Source of the DNA: Takakia lepidozioides
Taxonomy: Eukaryota > Plantae > Bryophyta
DNA length: 64,000 nucleotides
Assembly (NCBI GenBank): GCA_030704615.1
Contig: CM060731.1
Coordinates: forward strand, 9,734,001 to 9,798,000
Reading direction: 5' to 3'
Numbering within the stretch: the first letter of the stretch is position 1; every line of letters starts with the position of its first letter. The notes under the pieces were generated by a model. The model was not told where the DNA came from. It saw only the letters and a list, made by a program, of their open reading frames with translations, and made no database searches. Of this stretch, positions 38,279 to 48,596 are shown piece by piece. The position numbers were made by a program, and so were the translations under genes.

Positions 38279-41200
38279 GCATGAACGTTACGAGTTACGA
38301 GTTACGACCCATTTGACTCATTGCCGGAAAATCAGATTTGCAAGACCTGATTTCCACAGCCAGGATGGATTCATGTAGAGGGGAATCGATGCAGCCCACA
38401 AGGAGAGAAGTACTACAGCAGCGGGATATGAGGTGGGGTGGAGATGATGGTGGGTACAGCAGCACCAGAAATGGCAAGGAGGGTAGTCCATTTGGTCGGC
38501 TGCATTGAACTCATCAACGGTGGAGTCCTTGTGGAGCTATGGTGGCAACCGAAGAAACGGCAGCCACGACACTCGCACAGCACAACGACGCAGTGCGCAT
38601 GCCCAAATCAAGAGTGAATATATGCTCCGCTGCCAACGACGCATCATGACTGCACCACCACCCACAGCATGCGAGTGAAGCTTCGTCTCGCACCTCCCGA
38701 GAGGAGAGACCATGGCAGACTGCTCCCTCCTGACTAGTCCAATCACCGAAAGGATAGTCACGATCTCCTTTATTGCAAAGCACCTAGCAGGCCACGCGGG
38801 CCGCATGAATTTCCTCAGGTTGGGTCGGGTTCGGCGCCTGATCGGGAAACCTGCCTGGCTCTTGCAAGAAGTGGGTAGCTCCAAGGATTGCATTTCCCAG
38901 TCGAAATCGGATGTTGACATCGCATGCCGCACTTGTGTGTTGAGAGGTTGGCAGTGGAGAGCGGCCGGCGGCTTCACGCGCCGCACCGACGACATGCCTG
39001 GAAGCAGGCAGCAGGTACGTGTGCCATTCATGAATTCTGCTCATGGCAAGGCGATGCAACTTGTGATCATGCGTTTGTTTGTACCGACGTTGCGCCGCGT
39101 CCCTGCCACCATCGCATCGCTCCTCCCCAACAGATTCAAGAGAAGAATCGGAAGGTGGAATATTTGGTTCCAAGGCCGAGGCTCGCCATCTGTGAGCTGC
39201 GTCACGAGCTTCACGTTAGCACGATGTCTGCAACGGTACACGAGTACACTCACGAAGCCACACCCCACTCCACGGACATAATGAAAGCAAGTGTGACGAG
39301 TTGTACCGCGCACATTCTATTCTACTTTTCTCTGACAACGGTCAGATCCTGGTAGAATGATGGGCCAGCCGCCGCTCTTTCCTATTTGAAGTCAGCTTCA
39401 ACAATTTATTCCTGGTTTTTAGAAAAAATTGCATTCTGGATTGTTCAAGAGTAGGAATTTTCTTGGGATCAAGACGATCATCAGGAAAGCATTTCATCTC
39501 GGTTTGCATGTAGGCTGTTTGTAATTCAGAGTATAAATTTTGAATTGAAGTTTTCGATCTTGGCACGTTGAAAAGACCGTTGGGCCAGCTTCAAAATACT
39601 TGCTAGCCTACAGGTTATATATTGAGGCGGGCGGCACAAAGTCTGGCTACGCCATAAGCTTAGCTAGGGTAGGGATGACCTTGGGTTGAATCTCCCACCA
39701 GATCCCTGGCATCACATTGTCAGATTCCTTCATTGTCAACAGCCTGCAGGGACTGCATTTCCAGCTTTTGACTACTCTGGACAAGCCCTCTGGACAACCT
39801 CCGCCGCAAGCTTAGCTTCATTTATGACTCAACAATCAGTATAAACTCTTTCAAGATTACGCGTCATTGGAAAAACAACACCTGGAACTTGATTCTTTTC
39901 TTCGCAAAATGTGCATGCCGACCATCAACTTTTTCATTCTAGAGGTTCCATAGATTGTGCAGCAGGCCTGGAGAAGGATGGTTGGATGTAATGTAAGTAG
40001 CTGCACTCTGAATGACGCCATGAGATAGCGGAGAACGTCATCGTGATGAGGGATAGTTGGGTTATTTTAGCTCTAAACTATGAATGACGCCATGAGATAG
40101 AGTGGAACGTCATCGTTAAGAGCTAGTCTCTGACCCAACAATCATAAGTTAACTGCGACACGACGTTCTTTTCTACCGCCCACAAGAACTACACTACGCA
40201 GCTGCTTTTGATCTGCCACTAGGTACGTTACGAAAGTTACACATTAAGAAATTTCCTTCGAGACCTTGCCCCTCATCACCTCTGGGTTCAAATGAGCAGT
40301 TCATATCACTGCAGCGTCCTCAGTCTTGCCTCACCATCCAACTAGTCATTTCAAACAAACCAAAAAAGCAGGTCATTGCAAGCCCTGCCATATTTACAAG
40401 ATCGACCCGGAATCATAGGCAGAGATTGGTTCACTTGATCACCCTACAAGTACTTACCTGGGTTTGCAGTGTGTGGCTGTGATATCAGCAGCACGAACTG
40501 CAGCAAGACTGACGAAGCTATCCCATTCCCAAGAAACAAGAGGAAAGGGGCTGATGATTGTTCTGGAAATGGAGAGCCGCCACATGCTTCGCATTCGATC
40601 CTCACCCTTTCCATTTCTGGGGTCACGTGCAAGCATCTCAGCCCATACCTCCGCCCACATATAGCAAGGCTAGCAGAGGCATTTCTGGCGTTTGTGGGTT
40701 TGAGCCCGAGTGCACCACCGACTGAGCTCCGTCAATAAAATAAGACAAACTCCCAAAATGGAAGGACCGGCCGCCGTCCGCTCTGCCCGGCAAGACGGAC
40801 GGCTTCGGCACGCCAGCATCGTGCCAGAAGGAGGGCCACTGCACTGCACTCACAGCACCCGTGCGTTCCTTGCTGCCAGGCTGCTGCGAGCTACAGTCTG
40901 CCTGATGACAGCCTGCATCCCGGGTGCTGTTCCGGAGCTGAGCTGCTGCTTCCTTGTCGAGGCCGGGCGTGTAGATACATCTGTTAAGTTATGCAGGAGC
41001 TGCACTGACGGTGCCTCCATTGAATGGTGATGATCTGACGTGTCAAAGATATTACTTGTGAAGGAGAACGGTGTGTCGATGGAATGTGATGATGTGTGTT
41101 CGGTGGGGAGGTGGGTCCTCCTCGTGAGAATTTTGAGAAGAGTCATCAATCTCATCCGTGAAGACTTGTTGATTGGACATGGTGGTTGATGGGGGAAGCG

Positions 41201-42779
41201 AATTGTGTACACTTCACGTTTTTTGTAAGCCTTTGTGTGTTCAACGTTTGAATTTCAGCGGCGCCGAGCCACGTGGGTTACATGTAGAATGGCTCCTTCA
41301 ATGAGCCCCAAATGGCTCATAGCCAGGCTTCTGCAAATTATTAAATCTTTCACTCAATTTTGGGGTCTTCTACGTTTGCTACAGGGTTGATGACAATGCG
41401 GCCATCCAAGGTATGGGAGCCACGGTGGGCATGAGACATCATGGTCAAAGCATATTCCTGTCTTCGACCAACCGTTGCACTGTCCAACCATAAATGCACT
41501 GCTACATTCGTGTCGGCAGGATCCATGGAACTTGGGAAGGTAGAACTGTCCAAAAGGAGTTAACTTACTGCGAGCCTGCAGGACTCTCAGGTTTGCGTTG
41601 CTTCACACAAAGCCAGCAAACCCGAATGTAGGTACTAGTCTACCAGCTATCTGAATACATCACGATTCACAGTTTACAACGGCTCGCATGGGTCAGCAAA
41701 CTTGAAGTCCAATATTACATTCAAGGACAGCACACTACACTCTGATCCACAGCTCCATTTTCTCAGAAACGAAGTTGCTCCTTCGTAGTGGAGCTTTGTA
41801 GAGGCTCAGTTCTACTACCATGCTCTTGTACTACTACCACCTAAATATGCTCTTGTTTGTGATGGAACCCAGTTTCCAGAAGAAGAATACCCAGGAAATT
41901 AGTAGCTCATGGGTACATTAGAGGTGGAAGCTGTGTGTGTCTAAGAACCACCCTACCACTCTAAGTTCTGTACTGCAATGGACCTTCTTCTTTTTCTGTC
42001 GAGCAAAATCTCCCTAAGTATAACCTCCAAAGTTCGCAGCTGGAGAGGGGCGAGAAGCCCAAGAGTGAGGAAGCGCAGCCAAGTGGCTGCATGGCAACAT
42101 ACAGCGGCGGGCAACAGGTGCGGGCTGAGTCTGCAGGCAGGCGGGCGGACCCACGTTATCCACCCCCCTCTTCTGCTCGTGACGGCTGCACTTTCGCATG
42201 AGATTCCTCCCAACTACGGGATTCTCTCTCTTCCTCTCTCTCTTCGCTGGCCCTTCTCGGTTCAATCTACGCACATGTTGTGCTTCTCGCTCCCCCCGTG
42301 AATCTCCGCGCCACCCCCCCCTCAGTCGGCGCCCTGCCGGTTAATCCTTTGCAAATTTTGCACAATCCGCTAAATTAACACTGGTCCCATAACAAGTCAA
42401 TCCTTTTTATATGAGAAACAATGCACAAACTCGGAAAGTCAGCTGCCTGCGGGGGAGCGTTGGAAAGTTGGTGGGAAAAGCGCAGCGTGGCGATTAGCGC
42501 GTAGCGAGCCGCATTGAGACATGCCTTGTGTTTGCTGTGCTTTCTTGCGCGGTCCGCCCCCCCTACCGATTCGCATTGTCTCTTTCCCTACCCTTTTACG
42601 TCCCTTGGGAAACAATTCAAAATTTCTTCTTCGACCAAAATAAGGCTATCGGGTACGAGATGACCTACGTGCATGCGACACAACCCATTTAACTGTTTAC
42701 ATTCATCCATCTAGACGTCGAGAAATCGTCCATCCACGATCCGGGCTTGATTTACATCCACGTTCATCCAGAGCTCGTT

Positions 42780-43080
42780 ACCTGCGCGGAGCCGCGGTTA
42801 GACTCGGCGGTGAGAGGGAATGGCGACAAGAAAGGCGCCAATTCAGAGGCGTAGGAGAAAGCCCTAAGCGGCTGGCGAAGGGGAGGGCGCCAGGTGGCGG
42901 CCTAGGAGGCACGCCGGTGGGGTGAAGGGTGGCGCCCCAGCGGGCGCGGGCGACCCGGCGACAAGCGTTGTAGGAAGGCGGAGGGCCGCCCCCGCCCGCC
43001 CGGCCCTGCCCGGCCTTGGGCTGCATCGCACGAGCCAGGCTCCATCTTCTCGGGAGGGCACGCTGCCCCTCGTATAAACA
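42780..43080 (+). promoter_or_regulatory. GC-rich ADC promoter with TATA box
   Basis: CpG-dense block with CCGCCC boxes; TATAAA at 43073-43078 followed by a pyrimidine-rich leader. Confidence 0.65.
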
Positions 43081-43858
43081 TCGGCCGCGCTCTTGCCTTG
43101 CACCTCATCGCTTGGAGAGTTTGGTTTCTTGAGCCTCGCAGGCCTTGGCCCTTGCCTTGCTAGGATTTTCGTGGTGGTGGGGCTTCCGCAGTTACTCGCA
43201 ATTGTTCTTTGTCTGCTCTGTTAACGGAGGTGTGGGTTTTCTTTGGCAAAGTAGAAAGGCGTTGTTTGGGATCCCCATCGGTGTCTTGTGACTCTTGCTT
43301 GACACAAACCTGTTCTGTATTGATTGGGTGTCTCTTGGGCTGGGGACTATTTTCACTCTCATTTGGAACGGGTGCTTTCTTGAATCTTGCCGTCTTGCTT
43401 TTGATTAGGGTGGGACAGTCTGAAGCTTGAACGTAATTTTTTGTGTTCTGGGTTTTAGAGCACGTCGGTGGGCTGGGTGAAAATTCTGTGCCTGCGGGTG
43501 GTGTGGGGTTTGTTTGCCCGTTCAATCAAATCGAGCTTGCTTTCTTCTGTGGCTCTTTTAAAGCTGATCGTTCGGGCGCAATTCTGGGGTTTTAGAGGTG
43601 GGCGACACTCAGCAGTGGGGTTCCTGTGGGAGGGGTTTGTGCGATTCTGTGTTCTTTTCAGAGAGTAACTGATTGGAGTCTGTGAGCGTGTAATAGTTTG
43701 GTTCTGTGTCACGGGGTGTACGGGTCCACTGCCAAACATTTCTTCCCTCTAAAGATAGCCCTGCTGGCGACATCCTTGTTGCAGCAGCAAGTCGTTTCTA
43801 TCTCATCGTCTTTGGTTTTGTTCATTGAACTTTTAGAAAATTGATTCAACACCAGTCG

Positions 43859-43880
43859 AGCCGAGGCTCCGGCCTCGGCT
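43859..43880 (+). promoter_or_regulatory. ADC-box-like GC hairpin in the 5' UTR
   Basis: AGCCGAGGC-TCCG-GCCTCGGCT is a perfect 9-bp stem ending 54 nt before the ATG; matches the recalled conserved land-plant ADC leader motif. Confidence 0.75.
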
Positions 43881-43934
43881 TCTTGCTAGAAGCGTGCTTT
43901 GCAGAATTCTATATCTAAGCCCCAGAAAGAAAAG

Positions 43935-46118
43935 ATGCCCCCCCTAGCATGCATCGAGGAGGCGGAGTCTATGCTCTATGATTTTGTGAACTCGAATTCT
44001 TACGCTTATCCTGAGCCAGGGAGCAAGAAGGGTTGGGGAGTGGCCAATTCTGCCTCTCTCTACCGAGTTGAGGGGTGGGGTGCCCCCTACTTCTACGTCA
44101 ATGGCAAAGGGAACATGGCCGTGCGTCCATATGGACTGGCCACAGATTCTTCAGAAGAGATTGACCTTATGGAAGCAATGCGGAAGGTGGTGACCACCGG
44201 TGGGCCAGGAGGAAAGGCCATGGCACTTCCGCTCATCATGCGGTTCCCGGGCATTTTGAAGCATCGCATAGAGACCCTTCAGGCTGCCTTCGATCGGGGA
44301 ATTGTGCTGCAACGCTACCAGGGGTGTTTTCAAGGCGTGTTTCCAGTGAAATCCAACCCTGATCGGTACGTCGTGGAGGACATCGTCAAGTTTGGTAGGC
44401 AGTTCAATTTCGGCCTGGAGGCTGGATCCAAGCCCGAGCTTCTGATGGTGATTGCGTCCATGTGCAAAAGCAGCCCGGACTCGCTTGTCATCTGTAACGG
44501 CTACAAAGATGCCGAGTACGTGCAGCTAGCACTGATAGCTAGGCAGCTGGGGCTCAAGACTGTTATAGTTTTGGAACAGGTGGAGGAGCTTGACATTGTC
44601 TTGAAGTTGAGCCAGCTGCTGTCTGTGCAGCCTGTGATTGGTATCAGGGCGAAGCTCAGTACGAAGCACGCAGGCCACTGGGGAGAAACCTCGGGGGAGA
44701 AGGGGAAATTTGGTCTCTCCACATCTGAAATTGTTGAGGTTGTGCGAAAGTTGAGGAGGGTTGGTATGATGGACTGTCTGCAGTTGCTTCATTTCCACAT
44801 AGGCTCGCAGATCCCGTCGCTTGCACTCGTCAACGAGGGTGTAGGTGAGGCTGCACACATGTTTTGTGAGCTTGCACTTATGGGAGCCAACATGAAGATT
44901 ATTGACATTGGGGGCGGCCTTGGTGTGGACTACGATGGATCAAACTCTGCTTCATCTAACATGTCTATAGGTTACACCATTGAAGAATACGCTGAACAAG
45001 TGGTGGAGGCAATAAAGGATGCATGCTGCAAAAAGAATGTGACGCATCCAATTGTGTGTTGTGAGAGTGGACGTGGCTTGGTGTCCCATCACTCGGTGCT
45101 TGTTTTTGATGTTTTGTCAGCCAACAAGAGGGGTGGCAATGCATCACAGGATCTTGGGGTCCCTCTTGAATGTGAGGGGCTGCCTGAGGAGCTAGCATCC
45201 ATGCATGACGAGTTGGCTAGTTTTGCGAGAGCTGGGAACTACGAGGGAGCCCTGACGTGTGCGAAGCATCTCAAGTTTGAATGCACCCGTCTTTTCAAGC
45301 TTGGTCTTCTCAACCTGGAGCTACGAGCGTCTGTCGACAAGATGTTTGACGTGGTGTCTGCGCTGGTAGATGAGAAGGAGTACGAGAAATTCTCTTCTGG
45401 ACCGCATTCCTTGAAGGCGGGGCTATGCTCTGTGGAGCAAAATGGCTGTGGCGACCGTGTGGGGACGCAGAAAGGCAGGATGGATTACTCAGCCACCTAT
45501 CTCATCAATCTGTCCATTTTCAAGTCCATGCCCGATAGCTGGGCCATTGGCCAGCTTTTCCCCATTGTTCCATTGCACAGGCTTGACGAGGAGCCCTGTG
45601 TCCGAGCCATTTTGTCTGATCTGACATGTGACAGTGATGGCAAAGTTGCCACCTTCATTGGGACGGACCAGTTCGGTGAACCAGCGACGCACTTGCGGTT
45701 GCATGATCTGCAGCCTGAGAAACCGTACTACATGGGCATGTTCTTGGGGGGAGCATACCAAGAAATCCTTGGCAGCATGCATAATCTGTTCGGTACACTG
45801 AACGTCGTTCACATAGTGCCGTCCAGGGGGCCCGATGGGTTTCGCATTGCACGGGCACTGCCGGGGCAGACAATGGCTGAGGTCATAGGTGTGATGCAGC
45901 ATGACACTCGTGGGATGTTTGAAGCTCTCAAATGTCGTGTGGAGGATGCGCTGCAAGCCAAACGGTTTGGCAATGATCATGAGGCTGTTGGAGCTTTGCG
46001 GAGTCTGGCCTGCAGCTTTAGTTCTTACACCTATCTCTCTGCCGATGGCCGTAGTCGCCCTTTTTCTCTCAATAAGACAAGGATGCACTCTGCAGAACAA
46101 GGCTTTTGTGTCATGTGA
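43935..46118 (+). CDS. ADC: Arginine decarboxylase (intronless)
   Basis: MPPLAC start, LYRVEGWGAPYF, PVK (PLP lysine), GLEAGSKPEL, HFHIGSQI, IDIGGGLG, LTCDSDG, GAYQE..G.MHNLFG. Confidence 0.97.
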   Translation: MPPLACIEEAESMLYDFVNSNSYAYPEPGSKKGWGVANSASLYRVEGWGAPYFYVNGKGNMAVRPYGLATDSSEEIDLMEAMRKVVTTGGPGGKAMALPLIMRFPGILKHRIETLQAAFDRGIVLQRYQGCFQGVFPVKSNPDRYVVEDIVKFGRQFNFGLEAGSKPELLMVIASMCKSSPDSLVICNGYKDAEYVQLALIARQLGLKTVIVLEQVEELDIVLKLSQLLSVQPVIGIRAKLSTKHAGHWGETSGEKGKFGLSTSEIVEVVRKLRRVGMMDCLQLLHFHIGSQIPSLALVNEGVGEAAHMFCELALMGANMKIIDIGGGLGVDYDGSNSASSNMSIGYTIEEYAEQVVEAIKDACCKKNVTHPIVCCESGRGLVSHHSVLVFDVLSANKRGGNASQDLGVPLECEGLPEELASMHDELASFARAGNYEGALTCAKHLKFECTRLFKLGLLNLELRASVDKMFDVVSALVDEKEYEKFSSGPHSLKAGLCSVEQNGCGDRVGTQKGRMDYSATYLINLSIFKSMPDSWAIGQLFPIVPLHRLDEEPCVRAILSDLTCDSDGKVATFIGTDQFGEPATHLRLHDLQPEKPYYMGMFLGGAYQEILGSMHNLFGTLNVVHIVPSRGPDGFRIARALPGQTMAEVIGVMQHDTRGMFEALKCRVEDALQAKRFGNDHEAVGALRSLACSFSSYTYLSADGRSRPFSLNKTRMHSAEQGFCVM

Positions 46119-48596
46119 TCTCCCATTTAAGATAGTTTTAAGGTTGTGAACCCTCGGCACTTCAAAGGGGGCCTAGGTGCAAGGATCCCTGTTGCAGTTT
46201 TCGAGTGCAACATCCATTGTTTGGTTTCTACCACACAAACATTCTTTTGATCTATCCAGAAAACTGATATCATTACTTTTTGAGAAGCTGCATACCTGGC
46301 TCCGTTTACCATCAAGGTTAGTGTCTGTTTTGGCGAGCCTAGCAGTTTTGTTCTGGGTTTTTCCTGTTGGGCCCTGACGTTTTGCCTTGCAGTTGCAGTG
46401 AGACTGGTATAAACATGTATTGTCTTTCTGCACCTTTGCTTTGAAAACTGCTCGATTTGTAGTTGGTAGGCTGGGAGTTTTCCCGGTTTCTGCAGAGTGG
46501 CAAATTTGCCTTTGCAGCTGAGATATGATGCCAATGGCAGATGGTTGATCAAATTGGCCTTAAAGATATATTGGACATGTTTCTAACTTAAATTCAACCG
46601 TGGTTGAAAAGCCTACATTCAGAAGCTTGGGCTACCACCTAGTTTTCTCTGGACGGTGAGCTCTTCCTAATCCTGCTTTAGAAAGATTCTTTCTATCTTA
46701 GCATGAGGGTAGTCTCCTTTGCTTGTGATGCTAAGAATGTTAGGGGCTTAATCTGTTACATGTCTTTCTCCCTGGACTTGGTGACATATGCGTACCAACT
46801 TAGATTGGATTGTTTGCAACCCCCTTCCTACAAGAATGTAGTACTGTTGAACAAACTTCCAGGAAATCTACACTACCTGTATAATACGTCCGATATTCTT
46901 CTTCTGATACATGGTATTGTGGGGCCTGTTGGGTGCTCGTTGGCTCTCTAGCCGGAAGCTGTTCAAGTCAAGTTTAGCTAAACAGATGCTGTGACTTCGC
47001 AGCCTTTGGCTGGCTTTCGCAGTTTAAACAATTTCTGGCACGGTGGTAAAATGAACGATTGCCTAGACTTGGATCTCCTGACTTTTGACTCTTCAGTCAA
47101 TCAAGTCAACTTTCTTTATCGAACCAGACATCCACTGGTGTATGCCATGTTGTCACAAAATTGTCAAATCTATGAGAATCTGAGAGGGGAGAAGAGACCA
47201 GGGTCTACCTTTGCTACCCAGAGATTTTAAACCTACCGATCAGCTTTCCCGAAAAAAACGGAAGTCATCCTCCCAACTGTTCCTCCTGGGCTGAGCATCA
47301 GCCCCAGCAATTACTGCAGAAATGTGTGAAAAAAATGCATGGAACCAAGGTTAAGAAGAGGCCGCAGGGCAGGTGACAGAAGCAACAATATGGAAGAGTT
47401 TGAAGTTTCAACCACATTCCCTGATCATGTAAAAGTATCAATCTTAATCAAATCTTCCTAGTTCAGATGAGAGCTGCATGCCCTTCAGGATTGCCAACTA
47501 TTGCGGCTTTACTGTTGAAATTGCCAGCTCTTACAACAAACATTTTTATCTCTGATAGGTCTCAAGCCTCATAATAGCTGTGTAGTTCTTTTTCTCAACA
47601 TTCTCAGTGAGGTTATTCATCATGCACAAAACTCTTGTATTGTACCATCGACTCATCATCGTCATCGCAAGCATGGTTTTGATATCCCTTCAGATTACTG
47701 ACTGAAGATTTCACATGATATTTTCACCCTCCCTGCGGAGTCTTGCACACTCTTTTGTGTGCAAAACCTTCAAACCCCTTATGACTTCCTTTCTGCCTTA
47801 CAAAATAGTTTGATAATCATTTTCCTTTCTGATGTGTTGCTCACAGAGAGAACACAACTAAGAACGTGCATACTGGCTGTCAATTACAGTTACAAATTTT
47901 CTTAAAATAATTACACACTATGACCTTCCCACCCTCCCATTGACGGAACTAATGATTTTCCCATTCTCTTCCCATGGGCCAGCAAGACAGTGATGAGTGA
48001 AACGTGACAGCTGATTGTCACCTGGTACCAGATTGCAGCCAATTCTGGCCCTGAGTACTACTACCAGATTATTGCACCCTTCAAAGTCTAAAGAAACTGA
48101 CTCGGGTCTCTTCTTGAAATGTCAGGAACGCCTTGGTCCCTTCATTCTGAGGTAACGACTCACAACAGTAATCTGTCCTGTGAAAAATTGTGAGCTCAAC
48201 TCCTACATTTGTAAATCAGGTGGATTGATCACCTCTCCAGCCCGTCACAACTAGGTGTCAGGCGTGTGTCGAAATACTGGACATTCCAAGTTCTCAAAAG
48301 AAAATGGCCTTCCACATACCCAGTCTTCGTCTATCGTTTGGGGATCCCCTGATCAACACTTTTTGGTGATACAGTTATCTCAATGATACACTGTTCATGC
48401 CAACCTGTCTACAACTCCTCTGCAATCCACTTTCCCATCACGCTGTTTGATGATCATCTCTTCATCATGGCCAGCTTACAGAAAGTGAATTAGTACTGAC
48501 TGTCGCCTCTCACGACAAAAACCAGTTATGTCCACTATGTGTGCTGGGGAAAATCACATATTGCGACCGATGCACCTTATTCCTATTCTGCTCATT

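Noticed and set aside
38514-39950. Overlapping GC-rich ORFs and a 74-aa minus ORF next to the candidate viral relic
   Set aside because: No recognisable motifs (no RdRp SDD); long ORFs are explained by GC content.
40009-40116. CRISPR array
   Set aside because: Only two repeats, no leader or cas genes, eukaryotic context.
40450-40462. U1 snRNA 5' end (ACTTACCTGG)
   Set aside because: No U1 stem-loops, Sm site or USE; it is the reverse complement of a CAG|GTAAGT splice donor.
40920-40945. TPP riboswitch-like GGGTGC...CTGAG
   Set aside because: Downstream P4/P5 motifs are absent and there is no THIC gene.
47990-48056. C/D snoRNA-like GTGATGA...CTGA
   Set aside because: No terminal stem or recognisable rRNA guide.
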